Assembly (NCBI GenBank): GCA_012295275.1
Contig: CM022666.1
Span: forward strand, 12,524,001 to 12,588,000
DNA length: 64,000 bases
From: Chrysomallon squamiferum
Lineage: Eukaryota; Animalia; Mollusca
Reading direction: 5' to 3'
The notes under the pieces are model-generated. The model saw nothing but the letters and a program-made list of their open reading frames with translations, did no database searches and was not told where the DNA came from. Made by a program: the position numbers and the translations under genes. Positions 41,328-55,464 of this stretch are shown here, piece after piece; the stretch's first letter is position 1; every line of letters starts with the position of its first letter.

Positions 41328-43576
41328 AAAAATACATTCCAGATATATAATATATTTTTTCGTTCATATAATAGTCGTAATCCATGTTAGACAGGTCATT
41401 TTGTTACAATAATACAATACGTTGGAGCTAAATGGCCGTCGTTCTAACGCGAAAAAACAGACAACTTTTGAACAGCCTTTTCCTGGGAAATAATCAGCTG
41501 CTCCTTTCCGTCTGTGTGCGTGCGTGCATGCACGCACTTACCTGTTGTTATAGGGTGGTTGGGACTCGTTTTAGGAACTAGAACAGCTTGTCATCATAAT
41601 TACGAAAATCTAAAGCCAGACGACTTAAAGTTAAAAAATAAACTTTTTATAGCATATAACCGTATCAAAATATTACGTAAAGGGGAAAAAATGCATCAAG
41701 TTGTTGCTGTCTGATAACAGGTAAATACTAATACTTGCATGGTGTCATAGCATTCTATTTTATGAATGCATTTGTGTGCGTGTGGTTATTTAAGTAAACT
41801 GCCGTTTTAAAGAAATATAAACATACAAAAAGCATTATAATAGTAACAAATTAATAAATAAAAAACACACTATTGATTCCAGTATTTATGGTCATATAAG
41901 AAAATGGTTGAATTTTTCTGAATGAATGCACTTTTGCACAAGAAATAAATTTGTTTCTGCCAAATGAACTTTCACCAATTAACATGAACTAATCTGCAAA
42001 TTTTCCAGTTAACAAATTATGTAATTACATTAAGTTCCTTTGATATTCCTTAAATGTTGAAACCTATGTGTTAGTGCTCTTTTAACTTTTAAAAATACAG
42101 CATTTTAGCAGTTATTTTTGTCAATTCAGTATTTTAATGAAGTACTATATATTTAAGTTAGCACTTGGAAAGACAGGGAAAATTAATTTTTTCATTACAC
42201 AACTGACGTACTTGAATTAACAGGTAAAATTTAAACTACCTAAATTTAAAAATGTCCATCATGAAATCTATAGGATAAAATAACCCTTTGAAACAAACAT
42301 TAGTTATTAGCAATCAGGTTTTAAGATCTTCAGAGTAATTTTGTCACATAGGATTTAATCTTTCCGTCACAGACCACATTACACAACATCTGCATGAATG
42401 TTCTTATCAGTCAACTCCACACTGCACTATCCTAAGTGATGGCAATATTGCAATTTTTTAAGGCAATAGTTACATGAACAATTTTATGTCAAAATTACCC
42501 ATTCTGTTAATTATCAACAATTCCTCTAATCATACCTACAAAATGTCAAATTTATTGTTAATAAGATAGAAAATGGAAGCCTTTATATTCGAGTTATTTT
42601 TTATTATTAGCAAAGATTAGCCATAAAAGCTAATAAAAAAATAATTTAAATACAAAATGAATTTATGATTTTTTTAGAACCACTATTGGATCACCAATGG
42701 ATTTTCTCTTTTAATAATGCAACAGAAATAATGTTAATAATATTCAAATAAAATGAATTAATTTTCTTTAATTTCATTAAACCATTCTAAAACAAAGAAA
42801 TACATGAAAAAAAATTAATAGTCAATGATATATGTTTAACAGATGCACCGTCACTGTGTATGTTATGAAAAATCAACTAAAACTCAGTTCTTCTTTTAAA
42901 ATACTGTAAATGTTTGACATAATCCCTTTAACATTCCAACCACTCTCTAATTACTAATGATCATTTGAAAACCCATTACGAATTCATCAAATTTTAATAA
43001 CACCTGTTTGTTAAAACATTATATCTACAGATGTTGTTCAAAAAATGATTTAATTATCAATTCTTGCTATCAGTTACAAAATTAACGTATCTTACTAACG
43101 ACTTTCTAGCATTTCAGTACAAAAAAGAATTCACACTCTGAATGAACCAATGTTAAATTCAGCAATCCACTAAAACGTGTTTATAATCATAAATGGGTCA
43201 CGGTCCATTCTGAATGGTATTGTGCACAAACGTCTGAATAGAACAATGTCAGATAGTAACAGAGAAACATGAATGCACATTAAAGTTCTAATGGACCAAC
43301 AGGCTGCCACCGTATCAGTAATATATGCAATACATTTCAGCTACTTATAACATGAAGACATTGGTCTTACTGGACCTGAAATAAATATAATAAAAATAAT
43401 TAAAAATCTGCTCAATAAATGGAAAATAATGAGAAATATAAATGATAAAAATTTTAAGAAGAGGTTTATAAAAATCTACTTTTAAGTGTCAATGCTGCTG
43501 CAAGATCTACTTTCTAGTAATGATTAGACTGTATTTAAAGAGGAATTACCCACGTGGATTCCTAACAGTAATACAA

Positions 43577-44473
43577 TCACATGTATCGGATACCTCCACC
43601 TGCATGACCCGAACCCCCACTTTGTCCAAATGAATACTTCTGGTCAAGCTGGTCTAAATAATTCTGTGTCTGGGACACGCTACCTGACATTGACACTGGG
43701 GTCATATTCTTGTGACCATAAGCCGCACCGCCGTCAGATGTGGAATTCAGTTTAAGTCGCGCATTCTGTTCTAGTAAAATTTCATTCATGGAAGCCAGAT
43801 CTGCCACTTGCTTTTTCAACTGTATACACTGTGGATCAGACAGTAGCTTTCTCTGCAGATTTTCGTTTTCGCCTTCCATAACAAGCAGCCGGCGCCTTAA
43901 ATCAACTATTTCATCCTCTCTATCAGCAAGCCTACGCCGCAGAAACATGTTCTCATCATCTAACATTCTCATTCTCTCGACATATTCCATCCTTGCTGAA
44001 TCATACTCTAGTCTTCGCCTCTTGTCATCCATGCCAACAAATGGTCGCCTATCATCAACGTGACGGAATTTACAAAGTGATCGTGTGCACACGCCATTTA
44101 AAAAGTCTTTGCAAATCGGAGTTGCATTAATTGGTGGTGGTGGTGGTGGTAGAGGTGGTGCTGGCATTCCACCTGCATTAAACGGGAGAATTCCTGTTTC
44201 GTGATATATTTTCTCTTCCTCCTCGGTACAATGCAGATATTTGCAATTAACCCGGCGACATCTGCCCCGATTCTGATAATCATGACAGAATTCAACAAGC
44301 TTGTTGTTGGGTCTAACATCCTCAGGATGATAATATCTGCAAGCTTTGCCACGTGTACATGCATTACGCAAAAAATCCCTGCATGTTTGCGGTTGCCCGT
44401 CTGATTCAGCTGCCCGCTTTCGACTATTTCCAGAATTATTGCCACTGTTATTTTCGCTATTTTCATCTGCCAT
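43577..44473 (-). CDS. ZC3H10: CCCH zinc-finger protein 10-like (three CCCH fingers + coiled coil), intronless CDS, 298 aa
   Basis: CRDFLRNACTRGKACRYYH, CHDYQNRGRCRRVNCKYLH and CKDFLNGVCTRSLCKFRH, a poly-Pro linker, and a coiled coil ending KKQVADLASMNEILLEQNARL. ATG at 44473. A 5'-UTR intron is likely at about 44645-45645. Confidence 0.9.
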   Translation of the reverse strand: MADENSENNSGNNSGNSRKRAAESDGQPQTCRDFLRNACTRGKACRYYHPEDVRPNNKLVEFCHDYQNRGRCRRVNCKYLHCTEEEEKIYHETGILPFNAGGMPAPPLPPPPPPINATPICKDFLNGVCTRSLCKFRHVDDRRPFVGMDDKRRRLEYDSARMEYVERMRMLDDENMFLRRRLADREDEIVDLRRRLLVMEGENENLQRKLLSDPQCIQLKKQVADLASMNEILLEQNARLKLNSTSDGGAAYGHKNMTPVSMSGSVSQTQNYLDQLDQKYSFGQSGGSGHAGGGIRYM

Positions 44474-46205
44474 CACGTCTCAAAAAACTGAAAAATGTTC
44501 TGTATGCTTTACAAATTATCTGCTCTGAACTGTGGCTGCCAATATATGCTTCGTCTGGAGAAATGAACCTCGCTGCTTGCTTGCTTGCTACTCTCTGAGC
44601 TGCTTATGCAATTTGGCAATTTAACGGTGACGAATTCAAAATTATCTGAAAATATAAATTGTTATCATGTAAAACAGGCAGTTTATAAAATCTACCACAT
44701 ATGGACAAAAATCAAAAAAATCACTGCAGACAAGTTTTTTTTAAAAACCTTGAATTTAATTATAAAATAATGCCGTTTATTCACTAAGTCTTCAGTTCAG
44801 AACAGAAATCTCTTAAAATAATTTTAATCTGCTCAGTGACTACTTGTATCACATGCAAAATATTAGTATCTAAGTAGCAGTTAAGTGTTTTGTCTTCAAC
44901 ATTCAGATTTTAATCCCATATTTTGTTTAATATTAGCATCAAGCTAAACAAAGTATCCTGGTTTATGCTGATTTGGCTACCTGACATTTGTAATTCATAA
45001 ATGAGGACTTCTATATATATTATTTTAATGATGCTATTATGTTTCTACTTTAAATATTGAATTGATTTTATCATTTTAGAGTAATGAAAAATGACAAAAC
45101 TGTTAAATAATAACAACATTATGCAAATCCAACAAGTTAGAGTCATATATAATAGCGTAACTATTTGATTAACAACTCTAAAATGATCTTACTCTGCTAG
45201 CATTAAAAATATAATAATAATAAAAATATACATTGGATTTAAAAAATTATTACTAAATATATATTGGATATTTTTTTCTTGACTGGCGACGGTACAACCA
45301 ACCTCACACTGTGTTATGTTAGAGGAATAGTGTTTGCACAACAGAACAGAAATTTCAAAAAGCTCAATACGCTCAGCTTAAAATCATGTTGTCTTTTGTG
45401 TGCATTAATTTGATTAAATTATATATTTCTTTTCTTCTGCTTTCGCTGACTGTATGGAAATAGTTACATTACATTACATTTCCTGTACATGAAATTTTAG
45501 TTCTGATCAAAATAATAAAATCATAATAATAATATCAAAATTACACAACTTCAGAATTCATTATCGACTTAAGCGCAATACACTGCAAACACAATGCCTA
45601 GAGTTGAAAATAAATCCAGCGACATCCAATTTATTTGGCTTATACCTTTAAACCAAGAATTAACCAAAACAATTAAAATATTCTTACGAAAGTAAATTCA
45701 CCATTATTTGGTGCGAAACAAATTAAAACAACATCATTGAAAGCGACATAAACACACACACCAGAGAACAAGAAGAAAATAAAAATGGCTGCCAAGGGAA
45801 GTTACTCTGAACGGCAAATTCCTTTAACTTTCGCAGAACTATGTAATATATCGCTCCAATTAGGTCATTAATGGCAACATTCAAGCAAAGTCCACGGAAT
45901 TGCTTTAATAATAATAATGTTTAAATCCATTATTATAATAAAAAATATGATTAATTTCTTTTGGGTCTTTACATGTATCGATTCTGGCGTTCTGAATTCA
46001 TTTCAAACAATTCACATTAGGGATAACAAAAATAAAAGAGCTACGAGTTACTCCATTAGCTACATTTTTTAATTTGCAGCAAAGAAATTTTATATGCTGT
46101 TTTTCTATTCATAGAAGCACAGGGTCCAAAGTGGAATTTATGTTGCAATCCATTTTACAAAAGGGACCTTTGCAATTTTAAAACTTGATTAGTTTGCATT
46201 TGTGA

Positions 46206-46258
<53 letters not shown>

Positions 46259-47099
46259 TGTTATGATGTTGGTTTTTTGTGTTTTTTTTTTTTAAATCTT
46301 TTTTTAGTTATGTGGTATATGCTTTTGGTGACAATTAATGATTAAATATTTTCTGGGTTATCTCAAAAATATAAACTATTTAATATTTTAAACTTTAATT
46401 TTTTGACTTTACATGTTCACAGAAGTTTTATGAAATGATAATTGGCTATTTAGATGTCCACACACACAAACACATACACACTACCCCTCACTCAACACCC
46501 ACCACAACAGCTGACATCTATGCACATGCAAACTGATGCAAACTATAATCCTACACTTTTAAAAGGTCATGCTAGACAACAAAAATAAAAATAAAAAGAA
46601 AGCAAGAAAGAAAAGAAATGCAAAATTATTAGTTTAAAATAGTAACATAACCAAGTTAATTTTCTAATTTAATCAGCGCTATTTTTGAAACTTACAATTA
46701 TTACCGTTGTTTCATGTTCCAGTCTGTACCTGTAATTTTTTCTAACAGAAGGTGTATCTAAATAATCACTTACTGCTTTATCTTAACAAGAATAATTGCA
46801 GCAGCACAAATCCTCTTTCACTTGATAATAAAACTGTTGTTAAATAAACTCATTCATTCATTCTCAGTATCATAAAAATTAATCTCTATTATAGAAGTCA
46901 GTAATAAATATAAATCTGTTGCACCTGTAAAGAACATTCTTAATACTGTCAGTATACCAGATTCTTTACGAATGCACATTATAAAAAGAAAAACATAAAT
47001 AAGAATAATGTAATAACTGATTATCTTTATTATAATATAAATCATTTTAAATAATACATTTCATCTCTGCTTCATTCTGCTTAAATCAATAACTGCACC

Positions 47100-49479
47100 T
47101 CAAATTTTTCTGTGTACATCATCTGCTGAACTGCCAGAAATATCAGAAGAGTAACAGTTTTTGTTAGAGTTGTCTACCTTTTTCAATTCATCAATCAGAT
47201 CATTTCTGACACATTCTTTTGGAGCAAAAAAATTGTTTTTGACAATGTGATAGACACACTGCAGAATAACATTTCTTTCATGTCTAATATCAGGGGCCAA
47301 AAGCTGAAAAAAAAATAAATATATAAAAATAAAAAGCATGAAACTGTAATTATAATAAGAAATGAGAAAAATATTACTTTTTGTTCCGAATGTTTGCACA
47401 AAATCTATTAGCCAGTCATTATTTTCCTTGAGTATTTAAGTTTCTTTTATTTTTGACTTTTCAATCAGAGCTGTCATAAGCAGAATTAGAATTTAGCTTT
47501 AAAATTTGGCTATTAAATAAAACATGCAGACAGTTTGTGAGAGATTGACGTACCCGTTCAAGTAATGTTAGTCTCTTCTTAGAAATATTTATTCCATGTT
47601 GTCTTGACTTCATTGTGTTTCTGAGTGGAAGCTTTGGTTTTGTTTGGTCTCTGTTTTCTTTGTGTGTACTCTGTGAATCTGTGGTATAAAAATGTATACA
47701 GTTTTATTCAAAATAAATTTATCTCTCAAAAACAACAATACTTCCATTCTTGGCATCAAACTACAAACAATTCTGTGATATGAAACAAAAATTAGTTTAT
47801 AATAAAGATAATCTATTATATAAAGATAAGAAAAGTTTGTATTTCTGTGGATTATTTTGCTTAATAATTTTATAAAAGATACTGGGTGTTGTTTGATAAG
47901 GTTTTTCACAATAGAAGTATGCCGAGCTTTCAATAAAAATATGTTGAAATACATGCATTTAGAAAAATGTAAACAACAAAGGCTCAAGCCCACATTTTGC
48001 ATGTGGTCAAGATTTATTTGAAAAAGAAAACAAAAAGCGAAAAGAGAAAAGATTGTTAAAGCATTGCTAGAAAACACTGGTATCATTTTAAATAATGACC
48101 GTAATATGAGAATGCAAATACACAGGCATTATGCAGCAAGATACTCTTAGTGATGGACAAAGAGATATTTCTTGTACACATCATAGAACATATTTAATGT
48201 TAAACTAGCCATGTTTGCTGTGTAAAACAATATGCTGGAACCACAGAGTGTTGATCCAGCTGCTTTTCATCTGTCAGTCCTGTGATCCAAGTCTGAGTTC
48301 AGATAGGTAGTAGCCCATTTTGTTTAGCACCAGATATAGCAAGAAAATTTGGGTTTCAGAGAACTTTAAATTTTAATGATCTAAATTTAAAACAAATCTG
48401 ACAACAATAACCGTATTACAACTAAAATACAGTATTACAATCTCAGACAGTTCCTTTTATTCATTTTTAAAGAAACATCTTGTTATTGCAAAAAGAAACA
48501 ATTTCACGAACCTTTTGATTCATTTATTTGGTTGTCTTGAGTTGTCTCTCCTCCTTTTACTTCTGATTCATTCTCTGAACTGTAACAGTCAACAATTTTT
48601 GCAAGTCCACCACTCAAATGTGATGTGTCTGCATGATTTGTTTCACCCTCTGTTTCATCGTGTTTTCTTTCTGATTTTGGAACATTTGTGTTCAGTGTTT
48701 CATTGAGCAGATCCTTTTTATCTGTAGATATCTTCAAGTAACAAAGACAGAGAAAAAAACTTACAAGAATTAGCCCAGTTAATCTTAGTGTATGAAAAAT
48801 CAAACTGCTCTAAAGTGAACTAGAAGAATATAATAGTCAGACGGACACTTAGACTTAAAAATTAGATCCATAAATCCCCTATTAAACTGTTAAAAACTTT
48901 CCTTACTGAATTGAATTTACTTTTGTATTCTGAATCAAAAACCAAAAACATAAAAAATCAAAGATAAACAAAACCTTTTTTAAACAAAATTCCGATTTTT
49001 TACACTAGTGATAAAAGTCATCTTTGTAAATTATTTATTCTTATTAAAATTTGTTATAACAAACAACAACCCCCCAAAAAAATTATTATTATTATTTTTT
49101 TAATGTATGATAAATTTGACTTGTTGTTATTATTTTTTTCATACTTTTGAATTTTCTTTTTCATCATTTAGATGTGGTTGTTTCCTTGGAGACTCCTCAC
49201 GCTCCAGTTCAGGACTATGTGACCTTTTGTTTCTGTTCCATTTGTTTCTCTGAAATCTTCCACTCTTCCCTTTTCTGAACTTTCTGTGTGAAAGGAAGAA
49301 TAAATACAAAGTAAAACAATCCTTATTAGACTGAGCAAGCACCAACTTTACCTCAGTTTACTCAGTCAATCATGTTTATTTTATAAATTTTAGTAATCAA
49401 ATGTCAGCATAAAAACTTCTGCTTTCAGCCATTCTGATGAAGTTTGAAATAAGAATATGTATGTATATATGTATGTATA

Positions 49480-49535
<56 letters not shown>

Positions 49536-50205
49536 CTATTGAAAGTAGAATAATTAAGCCTAAGTAGTTTATAGGCAAGCAATGTTTTTGTAATACTTTT
49601 TAAATTTGTTAATATGGTTCTCCACAAAGGACAACCAACATTATTTATTCTTGAAAAAATGCACTTTTGTTACCTAAAACATTTTTAACATTGGAAGATT
49701 ATTATTCCTCATGATATCTGGGAATGTAAGAGATGTAAGAGAAAGTAACAAAAATATAAAAAGCATGTCTGCTTCGAATTCTGTAATACTAATTAGATAT
49801 TTTAAACTAAGCTGCTAAATACTATCCAAATACATTTAGCATAGGTTCCAAGTTTCTGCATAATTCTATTAAAAGCAAAATCACATTTTACACAATCAAA
49901 TGCCAAATAGAGCAACAGGGGTCCCTGTCTGTGTCTGATGAAGAAGAAGAAGACGAAGAAAAAGAAGAAAAAGATACACAGAGATTAGCAAACTTATAAA
50001 ATGTTGTTGTTACCCAAACTCTTTAGTTTCAAGAATTTCTCCTCTCTCCTGTTTCTCTGACTTTTCCATTTCTTTCTTCTTAATATTCTCAGATGTTGGG
50101 AATTTCCTGTGTTAATTAAAAAGGTTGAAGAAAAAGATTAATATATATATATAAAAAAGATATTTATATATTTATATATATAAAATAAAATAAAATAAAG
50201 AAATA

Positions 50206-50237
<32 letters not shown>

Positions 50238-52146
50238 CAGAAAAAGAATGAAAGAATTAAATCCATATACACATACATTAATATAATATATGAAATTTAT
50301 ATAAGAATGTAAGGAAGAAAGAAAATTGATTTCTAAATAAGAGAATCAACTCATCTAGTTTCTTTCAGTTTCATTACTCACTTGTATCTTATATAATTTT
50401 TTAGAATAACTAATAAAACATTTCAGACAATATTGGTTTTTCATGGAAACTGCAACATATTTTTATAATGATGGTTACTAAAGTAAATATATAATTTATG
50501 GTTAGTGTTAGGAAAGAAAAATACGTTATTGCCATTTAATGGCCAATTCCTTTTGTGTTTCTTTCATCTGACAGAAAACAGATTCAGTTGTCTCCCCAGC
50601 ATTTGTGAAAGTGATGGAGGGAATCAGCATAACTGGTGCAAGTTAAACAAAGGGATGGTACAGAAAATTTTAAGGGTACAAGTCCTCTGATTAATGTTCA
50701 AATTACTTGTTTGTCAAAAATACTTCTATAAATAATTGCATCAAATGCATTATCTATTAACAAGATTATCTTATTTGCAATTAAATAAAATCAAAGTGTC
50801 TGTTTAATTTATTATACAAAAGTTCACTAAATAAACAGGTGGCAGATATTGCTGCTGTTGCTGATGAATGGTGGGCAAACTCATCATAAGCCATAAGTGA
50901 TGGTGGGTCTGCTATTTCTTAGAGTAAGTAGCGAGACCTCAGATTCTTTATTGTTTCAAGTCTTAACTGTTGATGTAGGTATCACCATCACAGGGTAAAA
51001 TTTAGAACAGACAGACAGACAGATGAAACTCTGGCACAGTTCTGGACCAGTGGAAACTTTGTTGTACTTCATTGTGTTCGTTAAAGGTCATTTATGTTAT
51101 TTAAAGTTCAAGTGAAAGGAATAGCACAATTTCACTATAATTTTGGCTTATTAATAAATTTTATCTCCTGTGTTAAAAATCATCATCATTATTATTACTG
51201 AAAAGTATAGGAATGCTATTACTAGCAAATATTCCAGTTAGATAAACAATAACAAAACTCACTTTTTCCTTTCTGTAATCCATTTATCAATATCCTCTTG
51301 TGATTCCAAAGACCAAATTTTTTTAGCGAATCCACGTTTGTGTTGCTAAATAAATAAATAAATTAACAACAATAATTCTATATGCAGAAAACTATTAGAA
51401 AGTGTTTTTCAAATAACAAATTATTTATTTGTAGAACTATTAAAAGGAAATTTTTAACAGTATTTTTAAAATGTATATTCTACTATACGAATATAATTTT
51501 GTTGTAGTATATATAAGTAAATAGAATTAAATTGATTTTTTTTTTATTTTGAAACAATTAATTTCTGTGTTACATTTTTTTCATCTCAAACCTAAGCTTT
51601 GCTAATAATGAAGTATAGTATCACTGGGCAATATAACAGGCCCACAAACAGCTTTTCCCTTTCTACCAAACATACAGGTTATGCAGAAACATGATAAACA
51701 GACAAACATGAAAATGTTCAAATAATTTAAGTGAAGATGATTAAGCTATATATTCAACAGTGGATGGCACTAGTAAATGAAAAGTAAAACTGGTCAATCT
51801 ACAGGTGAATATTTTAATTTATTTTATTATGTAATAGAAACATATTGTAAAGACGAATCTGAGGAAAACCAAAATGAAATAATATGATGTGTTCTGTAAA
51901 CTAGTCAGCATCATCACAAGAACTATATATAGGAATAAACAAAAACAAAAACAAAAAAAATTACCAGTTGATAATGAAGTTGTACAAGTTTGGGAGCAGC
52001 AATGTATGGACAGCCAGAAACTGTGCACTGAAAGAGTTTTTAAAAAAGATGAAAATAATAATGGTTACTTAGGCTGATTCATCTTCTTTTTTTTTTTATC
52101 AGATACAGTAAATATAATATGAGCTGCATACTACACTTGGTTGCAA

Positions 52147-52178
<32 letters not shown>

Positions 52179-53063
52179 ATTCTTACTTGCTGATGTCCAC
52201 TGACATGTTCGTCATACTTTTCTTTAGTTTTAAATCCTCGGTCACATGTATCACAAAAATAGTTGTTATTTTCTGCAAGTTCACGTTTGTCTACCTTTTT
52301 CTGTAATGAAAAAATTGCATATCAAGTTTAATATAAATAAGTAAATAATTATATATAACTTTAAAAAAAAAAAAAAAAAAAAAAAAAGGAAAGAAAGAAG
52401 AGTAACTGTTATAACTTGTATGATAAAATAATGAAGAATGAACAATTACTGAATTATATAAATGAGTGACTGTGGTTACTGTTATTACATTCTACGTGTT
52501 GCACTGTTAGCCGAACTATTATTTTAATAATGATTAAAAACACCTACATTCGGTTTTAATGATTATACACAACAAACCCAATTAATATTTCTAACAAGTT
52601 TTGAAAATAAAAATATCTTAATCATATGGATTAATAAAATAATGTACTAGTTTCATTTAAAAATACTAAGATAGTTAATCGTTTTTAACAAATGATAAAA
52701 GTCAACCTTCTTCGATTTATGTCGGTGGTTGTTCGTGTTGCCATGCCCGTTTCCTTGAAAAGATCTTTCTTGGTGATGCTGTACGTTACACTGACTACTC
52801 TGTGGACTTCCATTAAAACTCTCAAACCTTCTTTTGCCTCCCTGTTGATACGAAGGTGCAATATGACATTGGTTTTGAAATGACGGGCGTGGAAAAATAT
52901 TGTTCTGTACAGGACCTCGAGTTGGCATGCGGTTGCAAAACGTTGGGAACGGTGACAATTGAATAAAGTTATGATTTGACTGGTAACCTGGGTTCCATGG
53001 CTGATGTTGCCATTGATTATACATCTGCTGCCTTGGTGGAAAAATATTACTGTGGAAATTCAT
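47100..53063 (-). CDS. NUFIP1: NUFIP1 (box C/D snoRNP assembly factor), 465 aa
   Basis: Nine in-phase exons: 53063-52707, 52300-52187 (FCDTCDRGF..H C2H2), 52027-51965, 51345-51263 (DIDKWITERK, PEP domain), 50106-50014 (KFPT), 49283-49145, 48731-48512, 47678-47554 (LTLLER) and 47303-47100 (LLAPDIRHERNVILQCV). Confidence 0.95.
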
Positions 53064-53466
53064 TGTACCTCAAAATTATCTTAACGTGAACTTGTTTTGT
53101 TTTTCATTCACACGTGCTTTTATTTGATATACACTCAAATAAAGTTGGCGAACAATTCCAGCCGCTGTCAAAATTATCGAACGGTTTATCATTCGTCGGG
53201 TCTTTCCCAGACCGAACGTATAGATCAAACTTTTAGGTTATTAATTCTTGCTTTTAATTATAAAATAAAACACACATATTTAAAATATATATATATATAT
53301 ATGATCGTATTTGAAACACTTGAAAAATATGGTTATATATTAGCGTGCCTCAGATATATTGTTTGTTAGCTCAAGGAAAAAACAGGGGTAAAAAAAACAT
53401 CACTAACAAAAAATTATCTAGTTGAGTAGTTCACGTTCCATAAACAAAGTTTTAATTGAGTAATAT

Positions 53467-53523
<57 letters not shown>

Positions 53524-55128
53524 GTAATATAGCAGTAATAATAATAATAATAATAATAATCTGCAAAAAGTACACGGCTCCAATTAGTAGTAATACTCGT
53601 TATTGTAGTTTGAAAACGTGTCTTAGAGTTATCTCCCACGATATATCAACCAATCGATAATTCTTTGATTTAAAGTTTTAAAATTCACTATGTTCACGTT
53701 TGCCATTTAATTTTATTTCAATTTTATTTATTTATGTATTTATTTATTTATTTTACTGTCTTTTATACACTGGTATCAAAATGTTACTGAGAGTAGATAC
53801 TCTTCAGAGATACAGATGAATTTCAGATTTATTTGTAGCACGAGACAATAATATATAAAGATTTTGCGCATCTGTGTGTTTATAAGGGTGTCATATTTAT
53901 TTTAATAAAAGTAAATAAATAAATAACTAATACTAATATTAATATTAATGCTAACATTAATAAGAACGAAAAGTATATAAGCCATTTTATACTGTTAGTA
54001 ACAATTCAGTGGTCTTTTTTAACGGATGTCGGTGTTTTTAAAACAACGTTTGCAATTACGAAACAGTAGGCTTGATAACTAACAGTCAGTGAGTGGATAA
54101 CACTCAATTATGATTGACTGATTGACAGATATATCGTTTTGATCACGTACTAAAATAATCTTTAATGATAAACGTTTATACTGACAAGCACGTCTCGAGA
54201 ATAAAACAAGTGAAGAGAAATTTAGGACGACAAATTAATAAAAAAAAAATTAAAAAAATGAAATGTTTATAAAGTCTGTGATTGTTCTTTCTGTACGTGA
54301 ATAGTGAATGATTTCCCTATAGAATATGACTGTTCATCTGTTTATATGTGCAAAGTGATTGTTCTATTTATATTTGAAATGTGTTTCATTTTATCTGTTC
54401 GTGTCTTCATTGTCAACAAAAGTGTTTCTGTAATCATAATAATTCCTTTAAAATATGCAACGTTTTCACATCTTCGGCGAAATCATTTCAATCTCCTTTT
54501 TTACCCTCCCTCGTTTCTTCTTTGTCTTTAAGAATCTTCCTTCAATCTTATTTTGTTCATAATTATTCACTTCAGGCGACACACAAGTGTGTTTCATTTC
54601 TGCTGATCTGGACTGAGAAGTATCTTCCATATCAATAATTTCACGAGAATTCTACTTTTTTTAAAAATCTTTGTACGTTTCGTACGTCACTCGAAGGCTC
54701 ATATGATGTTGAAAAATCTGTAGTTTTAACTGAAAAATGTGTTTGTTCAGTTTTTACTTATCAGAAACATCTTTCATTTTTATGGAGAACAAACATTTTT
54801 ACTATCATTACCCGTTTCGGAGATTCTCTTCTTCTTTCTTTCCGTTCTCACAGGTGATTCATTTATTTCTAGAACAATACTAGACAGCTCCATAGCCAGT
54901 TCGTTAATTTGTAACACTTCATCTGTTACATTTAACATCTGATTTCTTTCAGAACCTTTCCAGTCCTGACTTTGATTTCTTGCACTGAACGATACTTCCT
55001 TTTCCTTCAGGGTATTACAATATCCTCTCGACCCCAGAATCGTAGACACACAAGTCATTTCTGTACGTGGTCCTGTACGATTATCAACATCTTGAACACC
55101 AGCTGAGTGATTTTCAGCCTCATGTATA

Positions 55129-55464
55129 TCAGAAACACGATTCAAAACGTACAACGTCTTTCTTTTCACGATGTTTCTCTGTTATGCAGTTAACAAAGCT
55201 GCGCTGCTCTGTAGATTTTTGTTTGTTCAAATTAGCGTTGTCTGAATTAGACGTTACAAACTGCCCAATACGAGATCTGTATCTGTTGATAGACATCTCC
55301 AAATAGTCAGATTCTGATTTAGTTCTCTTCATTATACCGAGGTGTCGTCTTCTAAAGGAAATGCCTAGAATTACCGTTAAAACAACAGCTATGGTTACAT
55401 AAGGTATCCACAACAAGTCAGCGCTTGTAGACATCTCCATGGCTGGCAGTGTAATGTTCTCCAT
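55129..55464 (-). CDS. Uncharacterised single-pass (type III-like) membrane protein; may extend by frameshift to 54780 or beyond
   Basis: MENITL.. (N-glycosylation sequon), hydrophobic LLWIPYVTIAVVLTVILGISF, then RRRH. Acceptor ttttag|55741, donor 56240|gtaagg and TATATAA at 56336-56330 suggest a real transcription unit. An overlapping ORF occupies 55169-54780. Confidence 0.6.
   Translation of the reverse strand: MENITLPAMEMSTSADLLWIPYVTIAVVLTVILGISFRRRHLGIMKRTKSESDYLEMSINRYRSRIGQFVTSNSDNANLNKQKSTEQRSFVNCITEKHREKKDVVRFESCF

Noticed and set aside
43740-44598. Plus-strand ORFs antisense to ZC3H10 (and likewise to CCDC160, ITM2 and the repeat gene)
   Set aside because: They are shadow frames of real CDSs with no recognisable motifs.
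47610-48086. 158-aa minus-strand ORF
   Set aside because: It is mostly AT-rich NUFIP1 intron and overlaps the real exon in the wrong frame.
48240-48340. tRNA-derived SINE-like head in a NUFIP1 intron
   Set aside because: The A and B boxes are too degenerate to call without a repeat library.
48504-48512. Apparent premature stop in NUFIP1
   Set aside because: A donor at 48512|gttcgt precedes the stop and splices in frame to 47678.
50820-50900. Possible box C/D snoRNA in a NUFIP1 intron (minus-strand ATGATGA at 50887-50881)
   Set aside because: No suitably placed CTGA D box or terminal stem was found.
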